Made by a program: the position numbers and the translations under genes. Positions 55,438 to 64,000 of a stretch of DNA of 64,000 bases are shown piece after piece (the stretch's first letter is position 1; each line of letters begins with the position of its first letter). Source of the DNA: a virus; the IMG/VR virus record IMGVR_UViG_3300034062_002410, positions 1 through 64,000 of that record; one strand, written 5' to 3'. The notes below the pieces were generated by a model, which was not told the origin of the DNA, ran no database searches, and saw only the letters and a list, made by a program, of their open reading frames with translations.

Positions 55438-55494
55438 AATTATAAGATTTACTTATTATAAAGGGTTATAAAATTACAAATTAATATTTAAAAG

Positions 55495-55521
55495 AAAAAG
55501 GGAAAAGGGTTACTTTTCCCT
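55495..55521 (-). terminator. terminator-like hairpin
   Basis: AGGGAAAAG-TAACC-CTTTTCCCT followed by TTTT on the minus strand. Confidence 0.55.
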
Positions 55522-55529
55522 ATTATTCT

Positions 55530-55814
55530 TTATTCGAATACAGCTAATGTAGAATCTATTACTGGTGTTTCTTCTACATTTTCTACAGGATTAGTGATTT
55601 CACTAATTACCTTTTGAGTTACAATTACTTCTTGAGTAACATCATCCAACAAATCAATAGGTTGTTCTACTTTTTTAGTCTTTCTACCTTTAAGAAGTGG
55701 GTGATTAAATACAGATTTAAGTTGAGCAGTACTAAGGTTGTACTTTTCCTTAATCTGTTGTCTTGTTTGACCATTAGTTAGGTCATTGAGGATTTCTGAA
55801 ATTTTGATTTGCAT
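55530..55814 (-). CDS. small HTH-like DNA-binding protein
   Basis: GQTRQQIKEKYNLSTAQLKSVF resembles a helix-turn-helix. Confidence 0.5.
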   Translation of the reverse strand: MQIKISEILNDLTNGQTRQQIKEKYNLSTAQLKSVFNHPLLKGRKTKKVEQPIDLLDDVTQEVIVTQKVISEITNPVENVEETPVIDSTLAVFE

Positions 55815-55915
55815 TGTTTAAAAAATTAAAATAGTTAAAAAATTATTGTTTAGTTGGTTGTACACTATATACTAGTGTATATTGTTTCTTTTCAATTTTG
55901 ACTCTTGGTCTTTTC

Positions 55916-56620
55916 TTATTCTCCTTCATAATATTTGTTTACTTGTTTAATTACATAACCTAAGTCATTTGGAATATAGAGTGAAAACATACCTGCTGCA
56001 GATTTAGCAGGATATCTACCATCAAAGTTTGTGACAAATTGCTTAATAGCTTTTTTATTCTTTGAATCAAAATCTTGAGTGCCATAAAGGACAATGTCAA
56101 ACTTACCCTCTAATGAAATATATTGGTCAATCATTTTGCCAACAGTTTTGGCTTTATATGAAGTACCAAAAGTATTTTGAATTTCCTCAGGATGAGTAAG
56201 CACTATTACATTGCCTTTAAACTTCTGTATTGCTTTAAAGATTTGACCAATGAAATAGCCAATGTCAGAAAATTTATCAAAGCCACTAGTCTTGGCTTTA
56301 TCCATATAATAATCTGCCATTAGATATTGAAAATCATCAATTACTAAGTTCTTAATCTCAGGTTTTTTATCATTAAGAATACCAATAAGACCTGCTATTG
56401 CCATACCATCATTAGTATCTACATAATTACCAGTAGATAAATCTTTACCTTCTATTGCTTTATAAAGTTTCTTCCAACCTCTTGATGGAAAATCTTTACC
56501 ACTTACATTTACAATAAAAGTTTCTTTAGGGTCTAAACCCTTAATTCCAAGTTCCTCACTTGGGCAGATAGCAGTACTTTTGCCGAAACCTGATTCAGCA
56601 ATTACCATAATTTTTGCCAT
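55916..56620 (-). CDS. AAA ATPase (AAA_24/Sak4-like)
   Basis: AESGFGKST Walker A, LVIDD Walker B, KTVGKM and EGKFDIVLY motifs. Confidence 0.85.
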   Translation of the reverse strand: MAKIMVIAESGFGKSTAICPSEELGIKGLDPKETFIVNVSGKDFPSRGWKKLYKAIEGKDLSTGNYVDTNDGMAIAGLIGILNDKKPEIKNLVIDDFQYLMADYYMDKAKTSGFDKFSDIGYFIGQIFKAIQKFKGNVIVLTHPEEIQNTFGTSYKAKTVGKMIDQYISLEGKFDIVLYGTQDFDSKNKKAIKQFVTNFDGRYPAKSAAGMFSLYIPNDLGYVIKQVNKYYEGE

Positions 56621-56636
56621 TGTTTTGTTTTTAAAA

Positions 56637-56888
56637 TTAAGATTTGAAATAGAGTTCTCCTGGTCTTAAATAACCATTTGAGTTTTGATTTTCTACAATA
56701 GTAATCATCAGACCTCTTTTTAATCCATCAAGATAATATGGTGCATACTCATCTTGAGATTTTTCAAGTTCATTCATTACTTTAGAAGAATCTACTACTG
56801 TACATCCATAAATAGGTGTATGAGTAAATGCTATTCTGATATTAGAATCAGAAATTAAATTGCGATAATAACCTTTTGGTGCTGTCAT
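56637..56888 (-). CDS. hypothetical protein
   Basis: 83-aa ORF in the replication operon. Confidence 0.6.
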   Translation of the reverse strand: MTAPKGYYRNLISDSNIRIAFTHTPIYGCTVVDSSKVMNELEKSQDEYAPYYLDGLKRGLMITIVENQNSNGYLRPGELYFKS

Positions 56889-56890
56889 AA

Positions 56891-57985
56891 TTAAATTGAT
56901 TTAAAATGTTTAATATTACCATACATTTGTACTCCCAAATGCATTGGACACTCAGTATCACGAGATTCTACTAAGTGTATTGACCTATAATTTGGATATT
57001 CATGTAATGGATAACCAAAATGAACTGATAATCCATATTTCTCATCAGTAGGATTAAAAAGAGTTAGTAGGTAATCACATTCTTCTGATAAATTACCTGA
57101 ATCTTTTACATCCTCACCTGTAGGATATATGTACTCACCATTGAATTTTAATCTTTCTATATTAGATATAGACCTGTTTAGATGCACAATATGTACAAAT
57201 GTAAAATGACAGAAGTTTCTGAGTTCTACTGTGTATTCTATCCATTTGTCCATATTCTCTTTCATACTGTAACCTCTTTCTCTCTTGAGTTTACGAATGT
57301 GGTCAGTAATGATAATAGTTCTCTTTTGCTTATTAGCAATGTTGTAACCTATCAATCTTTTCTTAGTAACTTTCTTACCTTCTTCTGTAGTTTCATAATC
57401 TTGATATACAAACTCACCATTCTTTTTAGCATAAGCAAGAATAGTATTTCTCATACCAGTAGGATTATCTCTGTCTTCTAAGAATTGTATTATGCCTTCT
57501 TTTATCTGATGACCTCTATAGTCATATTCACCAAAGAATGGAATTATCCTATTGGTGTATATATCTTGGAGGATAGTTTTATGTTCATCAGATAATGGAA
57601 TGATATTACCTTCTCTGTCTTGTAATTTACCTAACAGATATCTACTTGACAAAGGATACTCTTCATCATTATGATAAATAGATTTTATACCATAGTCATG
57701 ATAAAAGAAGAATGATGCAAAGTCAAATTCTTTTTTGACTCTATCAATCTCATAAGAAAAATAGATTACAGTAATAGGAATGTTTTCTTTAATACAATGT
57801 AATATAGGATGAATAACAAAACCAAAGTCTACTAATGTAGATTTACCAACTTTTGGACCAGCAGCTACACCATAAATAGCTTTCTTTTGAACACCATCTA
57901 TTGCTCTATCCAATGGTGGTAAACCTGTTGGTAATCCTTTATTTTCTCCTTCCTGACCCTGCTTTAATGCCTCAAGGAAATTCAT
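56891..57985 (-). CDS. DnaB-like replicative helicase
   Basis: GLPTGLPPLD, AGPKVGKST, SYEI, IITDH, HLNR and DVKDSG motifs. Confidence 0.9.
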   Translation of the reverse strand: MNFLEALKQGQEGENKGLPTGLPPLDRAIDGVQKKAIYGVAAGPKVGKSTLVDFGFVIHPILHCIKENIPITVIYFSYEIDRVKKEFDFASFFFYHDYGIKSIYHNDEEYPLSSRYLLGKLQDREGNIIPLSDEHKTILQDIYTNRIIPFFGEYDYRGHQIKEGIIQFLEDRDNPTGMRNTILAYAKKNGEFVYQDYETTEEGKKVTKKRLIGYNIANKQKRTIIITDHIRKLKRERGYSMKENMDKWIEYTVELRNFCHFTFVHIVHLNRSISNIERLKFNGEYIYPTGEDVKDSGNLSEECDYLLTLFNPTDEKYGLSVHFGYPLHEYPNYRSIHLVESRDTECPMHLGVQMYGNIKHFKSI

Positions 57986-58518
57986 TATTTCATGAGTTTA
58001 TTATTGGGGTCAATCTTGTTTTTAGATTTAGCTTCTAAAACTCTATCTACCCATTGTGAAAGCATAGACATTTTATAATTACCTTGCCCATCATAAATGA
58101 ATCTCTCAGCAGTTTTAACATACTGTGATTCTACATTTCTAAGATAAAGTGTAGTAGCTTCTAATACATCTTCTTTTCTAACATGAGGATTTTCAGAAAA
58201 GAATAATTTCATTCTCATTACACATGTTTTTTTAGAACCAGACCTTTCTTTGTTTTTAGATGCAAATAATTCTCTATACTGATTAACCCATTCCCATACT
58301 GAATCTACATTTTGACCATCATAGAGAGGTAAATGCCATTCTATAGTATTTGTTTTGTAATCTCTTTCAACTATTCCAAGATTATTTACAGTTCTTATAG
58401 TTTTTTCAGATATACAAGTAGATTCAATATTGTGAAATATAGATAAAAGATAAAGTACACCTTCACTTTCTACATCATGCTCTTCAAGTAGTTTAAATAT
58501 TTCTTGATTAATTTTCAT
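57985..58518 (-). CDS. putative replication initiator/helicase loader
   Basis: Coupled directly upstream of the helicase (TAATG); helical, with a C-terminal YVKTAERFI segment; the call is by context. Confidence 0.5.
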   Translation of the reverse strand: MKINQEIFKLLEEHDVESEGVLYLLSIFHNIESTCISEKTIRTVNNLGIVERDYKTNTIEWHLPLYDGQNVDSVWEWVNQYRELFASKNKERSGSKKTCVMRMKLFFSENPHVRKEDVLEATTLYLRNVESQYVKTAERFIYDGQGNYKMSMLSQWVDRVLEAKSKNKIDPNNKLMK

Positions 58519-58864
58519 GCTCTAAGTTTTTAAAAGATTGTATAACTAATTTATTTATTTCTTGTGACATCCAATCTATTTGATTTTCAGGAACATAGGA
58601 CAATAAAGCAAATACTTCAGCCATTAATCCTATACTATCAAATGTATAAGAATGTAATAATTCTTTATCTGCTGCAGTTGCTGAATTAGAAATTGTATAC
58701 ATAAAATTTCTAATATTACTCCTAATATTTAAAAATCTTACTTTGTTTTGTCCCTTCATTTTATCAGGTTCTAATTCAGCAATAGCATATAAAGTACCAT
58801 TTAACATAGTTAAAAGTAAATAAATCTTACTTGCTGTGACTGTATCTAAATTCTCAATTCGCAT
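58508..58864 (-). CDS. hypothetical protein
   Basis: 118-aa ORF overlapping both neighbours. Confidence 0.6.
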   Translation of the reverse strand: MRIENLDTVTASKIYLLLTMLNGTLYAIAELEPDKMKGQNKVRFLNIRSNIRNFMYTISNSATAADKELLHSYTFDSIGLMAEVFALLSYVPENQIDWMSQEINKLVIQSFKNLEHEN

Positions 58865-59168
58865 ACTCTTGTTTTTTAATTAAAATGTCATAATCTAATT
58901 GGAATTCTTTAGTTTCATTTTTACTTTTTACCATTTCTATAAGCTTCTTATAGTTTTCTTCAGTAAAAGCAAATCTTTTAGCTAAAAAGAACTTATAAGG
59001 ATAACATGTTGCATCTAAAGTTATTTCAGCTAATGTTACCCCTAACTCATTTTGTGGCAATACAGTAACAACATCAATAATATGATATTCTTGCTCTTCC
59101 TTAATCCATTTACTTAAAGGAAAATCTGAAGGTTTTCCTTTATCATCAATACAAATACATAGTATCAT
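58854..59168 (-). CDS. hypothetical protein
   Basis: 104-aa ORF with an N-terminal LCICIDD. Confidence 0.65.
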   Translation of the reverse strand: MILCICIDDKGKPSDFPLSKWIKEEQEYHIIDVVTVLPQNELGVTLAEITLDATCYPYKFFLAKRFAFTEENYKKLIEMVKSKNETKEFQLDYDILIKKQEYAN

Positions 59169-60256
59169 AATGATAAGATTTTAATTTTATCAGGGTCTAA
59201 TCCTTCTAATGCTTTTTTAATCCACTCTTCATCAACAGTATTTGCATAATAGGTAATGAATATTTGAGCAATAGCATCATCTTCCATATTACACATTCTC
59301 ATAACTTTTTGGATAGCAGATTCTTCAGAACTTTTCATCTGATGAAATATGCCAACTTTAAGATTAGGGAATGTGATGCCCATATTAGTCATCTCACATA
59401 CTGCAAGCTTATTTATTGTACCTGACATAAAAGATTCTAATACTTCAGGAGTAGATTTAGAATGGTAACCTGAACCTAATTGGTCAGCAATTTCTGTTCT
59501 TGCAGTAAATATTAAGCATCTGTCAAATTTAGCAATAATTTTTGATACTGCTTCTAATTTTGTTTTAGAATTATAAATTAAATTAGCTCTTTTAGAAGCA
59601 TATTGCATTTTAACTGCATTCATTTTAGGATTATTCCATGCTGCTCTTTTAAATTTAGTAAATTGTTCTGTAAGATATTGATAATTAAGATATTCTGTAG
59701 TTTTAAATGTAGTAGTTTTATTACCTGCATCTATATATTTATCTTTATTGTCAAGAGTTACAGGAACTAAATTAATTTCATAGTTAGCAACAATACCATC
59801 TTTAACAGCTTCTTCTAAAGTATATTTAAAGATAGTTTTTAATCCTAATTCTTGTCGCAATTGTTTTTCAGTTTCTTTAGAAATAGAACCTGATACACCT
59901 AATATAGGACCATCAAAATTTTGTAATACTTGTATTTGAGCATTAGATAATGTATGTATCTCATCACAAATAATAATGTCATACATATTTAAATCACTTT
60001 CTTTAGCTAAACTTCTTTGATTTATGATAGCTATTGGAATATTTACACCCCATTTGTTTAATTCTGTTGTCCAGGATTCTTGAATAGAATTATATGGTAC
60101 AGTAATAAGTATTGTCTGAGGAACTTTAAATATTTTAATAGCATCACATACAATTTTAGATTTACCAACTCTTGGTGCAACATTAATAATACCTCTAAAA
60201 TTATGAAGGTGTATCTTCTGTGTTGCTTGCTGCTGTATTTGATTTCTCAACTCCAT
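59165..60256 (-). CDS. superfamily 2 helicase (DExH)
   Basis: APRVGKS, IICDEIH, GVSGS and QKVMR motifs. Confidence 0.85.
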   Translation of the reverse strand: MELRNQIQQQATQKIHLHNFRGIINVAPRVGKSKIVCDAIKIFKVPQTILITVPYNSIQESWTTELNKWGVNIPIAIINQRSLAKESDLNMYDIIICDEIHTLSNAQIQVLQNFDGPILGVSGSISKETEKQLRQELGLKTIFKYTLEEAVKDGIVANYEINLVPVTLDNKDKYIDAGNKTTTFKTTEYLNYQYLTEQFTKFKRAAWNNPKMNAVKMQYASKRANLIYNSKTKLEAVSKIIAKFDRCLIFTARTEIADQLGSGYHSKSTPEVLESFMSGTINKLAVCEMTNMGITFPNLKVGIFHQMKSSEESAIQKVMRMCNMEDDAIAQIFITYYANTVDEEWIKKALEGLDPDKIKILSL

Positions 60257-62147
60257 TGATTATTTTTTTAATTTGAATTAAGTAATATTCTAAATTTAAA
60301 TTTTCTATGATTTCTGTAGTGTTTATTTGAGATAAATTATTACATACTGTACATTTCCATCCTGATTCAATTTCAGTTTCTCTCCATTTTTCAGGATTCT
60401 TAGGAAGTGGTGGCATTATTTTAATAAGAGATACACCAGTATTAGTAACTACATATCTTACAAGTTTTTGTAATGTAGTATCTTCTATATCTCTTGCTAC
60501 AAGTCTATGACCTTTTTGTACTTTAGCTCTCATAAAGAAATTTTGTAATCCATTCTGTTCTAAATCCTGCATCATAAATTGAACTGGGTCTGTATTGTGT
60601 ATAAAATATGCAGATATAGCTTCATTAACAATTAAAGCTGAATGATTCTCATGTAGTTCTAATTCTTTGTAAGTTTTAAATGCTGCACCTTTTCTTTTAA
60701 CTTTATTATCAGTAGATATAGCCATATAATTAGATACATCTTTGATAATCATTTTAGAATAAAATACATATTCTAATTTGAGTTTAGTTAATTCTTCCCA
60801 CCAATCTATAATAGCAAATATTTTAGGTAAATCTCCTCTTAATAATTTTACAGTTACACCATCAGTATTAGCTTGTAAAAGAGTAGAAGTATTCATAAGA
60901 GCTTCAGCTAACATACAAATTAGAAGTTGACCATTAACAGTAATAGCCATAGTATATTTAGGGTCATAGAATGCAGAATGTTCTGAATTAGATTTACCAT
61001 ATACACCATTCAATTCAAGTTTTATAGAACCATTCCATACACTACCTTTAGGATATTGACCTCTTTCATTATATCTATATTCATATACATCACAAAATTC
61101 TTCACCTAAATGCTCAGGATATAATCTATTTTTTATTGCTAAATTAGGATAATATGAAGATACATCAATATCTATAATGATATAGTCTTCATCAGATTCA
61201 TAAATACCAGGTTCAGTACATGCATGAAGTCCACCAGTACCAAATACAAATTCTATATCTTTATAGAGTATATTCAGATTCTTTTGAACTCCTTTAGTTT
61301 TATGAAGATTATAATGATTTTCAATTACAGAGAGTTCTTCAAATGGTATTTCTGAGAATACTTTATAAGTTCCTTTAATGATTTTGGATTTAAAATATGT
61401 AAGGAGTTTTTGAAATCCTTCAGTTTCAAATTGTACATAAGGAAATATAATTTCAGATAGGTTAATAGTATCTCTGTAAGTTTTTTGAGTAAGTTTATGA
61501 GAACCTATTTCTTTAGCTAATTTAAATGCAAAACTCTTCTCACCAATTTTAGGAGAGTTCCAAGACATCATATCTATATTATATTCATTAGAAAGAGATT
61601 CACGAAGTTGTATAGCTTCTTTAGAGTAGTTATATAGTCTAAAAGTTGCTTCAATATCATTCCAACAATATTCTGATACTAATTGCATTTGAGATTCTGT
61701 AAGAATGGTAGTATGTTCAAATGGTAACTCTTGTATGTTAGTCATTTGAAATGCAAATTCTAATTGTTTTAATGATGCTCTTCTTGCATCATTATCAAAA
61801 TGATGCATTAGCATTAAATCTACATTAGGACATAATGTAAATCTTTTTTGAAACATATTGTATCTTTCATCTGTAATGAGTTTATCAGAGTGTTGTTTTA
61901 ATGTAGGAATTAAAACTTTACCTTTTAGATGAGTTAGGTTTAGTAATTTTTGTAGTACTTTACCATCATAGTTAATACAATTAAATCCAAATAATCTTAT
62001 ATCAGATTTTAGAAATTCTATCAATTGTATTCTTTCATCTTTTCTTGGAGATATTTCAAATGATACTTTTTCATTAGTATGTACATTTAGTGCACATAAT
62101 AGAAAAAAGTTAGGAAATATCTCAATGTCATACACAAAGTCTGTCAT
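60201..62147 (-). CDS. family B DNA polymerase with 3'-5' exonuclease
   Basis: YDIE, FNCINYD and YCWNDI exonuclease motifs; DIDVSSYYPN, KLELNGVYG and NTDG polymerase motifs. Confidence 0.92.
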   Translation of the reverse strand: MTDFVYDIEIFPNFFLLCALNVHTNEKVSFEISPRKDERIQLIEFLKSDIRLFGFNCINYDGKVLQKLLNLTHLKGKVLIPTLKQHSDKLITDERYNMFQKRFTLCPNVDLMLMHHFDNDARRASLKQLEFAFQMTNIQELPFEHTTILTESQMQLVSEYCWNDIEATFRLYNYSKEAIQLRESLSNEYNIDMMSWNSPKIGEKSFAFKLAKEIGSHKLTQKTYRDTINLSEIIFPYVQFETEGFQKLLTYFKSKIIKGTYKVFSEIPFEELSVIENHYNLHKTKGVQKNLNILYKDIEFVFGTGGLHACTEPGIYESDEDYIIIDIDVSSYYPNLAIKNRLYPEHLGEEFCDVYEYRYNERGQYPKGSVWNGSIKLELNGVYGKSNSEHSAFYDPKYTMAITVNGQLLICMLAEALMNTSTLLQANTDGVTVKLLRGDLPKIFAIIDWWEELTKLKLEYVFYSKMIIKDVSNYMAISTDNKVKRKGAAFKTYKELELHENHSALIVNEAISAYFIHNTDPVQFMMQDLEQNGLQNFFMRAKVQKGHRLVARDIEDTTLQKLVRYVVTNTGVSLIKIMPPLPKNPEKWRETEIESGWKCTVCNNLSQINTTEIIENLNLEYYLIQIKKIINGVEKSNTAASNTEDTPS

Positions 62148-62272
62148 AAGATTATTTATAAGGTTATCTAAAAAAGCAATAATAAAGAAATGGCTATAGA
62201 AAAAAAAGAGAAAACCCTAAAATATTATTCCATAGGAATTTTATTCTAAGATTTTCTCAATTTATTCACTTT

Positions 62273-62878
62273 TTACATCCCTTGGTCAAAGAACACACTT
62301 GCTCCTTGAACTTCCATTTCAATTTCTCTGCTCATGTAAACATTTCCATTGCCTCTATAATCCTCATCTGCTTTTACTTCCTTAGAGAAGAAAGTTCTAC
62401 GATATTGGACATTGTCATCAGCATCAAGAATTAGTTGACCTGCATTTTCATGAGAGTCACCATATCTCACTACTTGGCTATTAGCAAAATCAGCTTTAGT
62501 CTTTAGACCTGAAGATATACTCTGCTTTTGATTTTCATCAAGTATTGGCTCATTAGACAATACTTTGTAAATACAAGCATTAGGTAAATTGTTAAGCATT
62601 AGCTTAATTTCAGTTTCTGTTTTGTTTTCCGGTACAAGAATCCAAGCCACTCTTGTTTCTTCTTGAGTGTATTCATTGGTTTCTGCACCGAAATCAGATT
62701 CTGTAAATAATCCATCTTGAAGAGATGAATTATATTTTTTAGAAGCATAGTAAGAAGTAGTAGTAATAAGTTGTTTTACTTCTAATGTCTTACTTCCTGC
62801 TTTTTGATAAGAAGCCTTATAAAGTCTTGAGAAAGAAATTTTGCTTCTTTTTACTGTTACATTTTGTGCGTTGCTCAT
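62273..62878 (-). CDS. hypothetical protein upstream of the polymerase
   Basis: 201-aa ORF flanked by hairpins; function not recognised. Confidence 0.7.
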   Translation of the reverse strand: MSNAQNVTVKRSKISFSRLYKASYQKAGSKTLEVKQLITTTSYYASKKYNSSLQDGLFTESDFGAETNEYTQEETRVAWILVPENKTETEIKLMLNNLPNACIYKVLSNEPILDENQKQSISSGLKTKADFANSQVVRYGDSHENAGQLILDADDNVQYRRTFFSKEVKADEDYRGNGNVYMSREIEMEVQGASVFFDQGM

Positions 62879-62966
62879 AATAAATAATGTTTTAAAAAAT
62901 TGATAAAATAGTTAATAAATAAAATAATTGATAATCAGTAAATATATAGAGTTGATTGTTTGAATG

Positions 62967-62994
62967 AAAAAGGTTGAGTATTTCTACTCAACCT
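62967..62994 (-). terminator. GAAA-loop intrinsic terminator
   Basis: AGGTTGAGTA-GAAA-TACTCAACCT followed by TTTT on the minus strand. Confidence 0.7.
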
Positions 62995-63025
62995 AACTGA
63001 CATTATTAACAAAACATACAAACTA

Positions 63026-63160
63026 TTATTTTGTGTCTTCATGGTAATCATTATCTTTTTTATAAATTGAATCATAAATCATCACGTAAAGTGAACCTGC
63101 TATTATGAATAATAATATAAAAATAAGTAATGATAATGGAAGGATTAGTTCTAAATTCAT
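63026..63160 (-). CDS. 44-aa single-TM membrane peptide (below the ORF-track cutoff)
   Basis: Translated by hand: MNLELILPLSLLIFILLFIIAGSLYVMIYDSIYKKDNDYHEDTK*. Confidence 0.45.
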   Translation of the reverse strand: MNLELILPLSLLIFILLFIIAGSLYVMIYDSIYKKDNDYHEDTK

Positions 63161-63386
63161 GGTGAAAAGTTGTAAAGTGAAATAAAACGTAATACTATAT
63201 TTATAATGTAATATAATTTATTTAATAAAGAAAATATAAAAGTATTTTTCTTTTCTTTTTTGTCGAACTTTTTTCTTTTCTTTTTAAAGGTATTTTGCAA
63301 GAGTTGCAATGATATATAGAAGCCGAGTTTTTACACAACAGATTTTCTACGTGTTCGTCATTACAACTCAATGCAAAATGTATAAT

Positions 63387-63680
63387 TTAAAAATTGTATC
63401 TATAATCATCATAATATCCATTATGGGCATCATGTTGATGATTATTAAATTCTTCTGCCATATCTCCATTGAGAGATATATTACTTCGTTTTTTAGTGAA
63501 TTTGTCTAAAGCTATATATAGATAGCCAATACAAGATGATTTATCTTGTAAATTTACTTCCATACCTAAATTAGACATTTGTTCACTCAGCCATGTGTTT
63601 TCTCTCCAAAGCATTTTGATAATGTTTTGGAGATGTGAGTGGTCTAAGGTGTTGATTGGTTTATAATTCCAAGTTTTCAT
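63387..63680 (-). CDS. hypothetical protein
   Basis: 97-aa ORF, co-oriented with the arm. Confidence 0.6.
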   Translation of the reverse strand: MKTWNYKPINTLDHSHLQNIIKMLWRENTWLSEQMSNLGMEVNLQDKSSCIGYLYIALDKFTKKRSNISLNGDMAEEFNNHQHDAHNGYYDDYRYNF

Positions 63681-63750
63681 GTTGTTATGTTGTTAAAATG
63701 AAAAATAATGTCAAAAATGAGAAAGAGTTAAAAAAGAAGAACAAAAAAAA

Positions 63751-63776
63751 TAAAAAAGAGATTTCTCTCTTTTTTA
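63751..63776 (-). terminator. GAAA-loop terminator
   Basis: TAAAAAAGAGA-GAAA-TCTCTTTTTTA followed by a long T tract on the minus strand. Confidence 0.6.
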
Positions 63777-63962
63777 TTTGAATATGACAAAATATTCTTG
63801 AATTCCTAAGTTATTGTAATAACCTTGTAATTCTTTTTTATCTTCTGTCCATTCTGTAATTTGGAGTTTTTTTTCTCCAAATGTAATAGCATCAGCTAAT
63901 GTAGCAAACTTATAATTTGCTGCTACAATACCATCCATGTTATAACTCTGTGCTTTAATCAT
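63774..63962 (-). CDS. hypothetical protein
   Basis: 62-aa ORF with an A-rich leader. Confidence 0.55.
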   Translation of the reverse strand: MIKAQSYNMDGIVAANYKFATLADAITFGEKKLQITEWTEDKKELQGYYNNLGIQEYFVIFK

Positions 63963-64000
63963 AGTTTTTGTTTGTTTAGTTATTAATCCTTTATCTCATA

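Noticed and set aside
17341-62147. Inteins or self-splicing introns in the RNAP, helicase or polymerase genes
   Set aside because: Catalytic motifs are spaced normally, the reading frames are unbroken, and no intein termini or homing-endonuclease motifs were seen.
42377-63509. Plus-strand ORFs in the minus-strand arm (e.g. 42377-42643, 52126-52416, 54667-55035, 57182-57481, 63309-63509)
   Set aside because: They overlap better-supported minus-strand genes and lack motifs.
1-64000. Stop-codon reassignment as in some crAss-like phages
   Set aside because: Genes up to 19.7 kb are open in the standard code and tile densely; TAG (dUTPase, 54652 gene) and TGA (SF2 helicase) end genes at sensible positions.

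Overview
AT-rich fragment of a crAss-like (Crassvirales-type) phage genome, most likely infecting a Bacteroidota host (no Shine-Dalgarno motifs, A-rich leaders), read in the standard genetic code. The + strand arm (1-41663) holds tail-fibre/lectin genes, a lysin-holin pair, a nuclease, the crAss-like ring/IHF/tail-tube/muzzle block and the ejected cargo proteins. One cargo is a 6557-aa polyvalent protein carrying the virion RNA polymerase (DFDVDK), a zincin-like domain, NADAR, a RecD/Dda-like helicase and an ADP-ribosyltransferase-like domain. The - strand arm (41767-63962) converges on a bidirectional terminator and holds the replication module (PolB, SF2 helicase, DnaB-like helicase, AAA ATPase, primase), dUTPase, two GH73 glucosaminidases, a spore-photoproduct-lyase-like radical SAM enzyme and a tRNA-like element. 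The best candidate for an undescribed system is an apparently complete phage-encoded ubiquitin-like conjugation operon directly downstream of primase: a Ubl precursor whose first 76 aa end in GG, followed by E2, JAB and E1 genes (49915-53637). All family calls come from motif recognition by eye; no searches were run.
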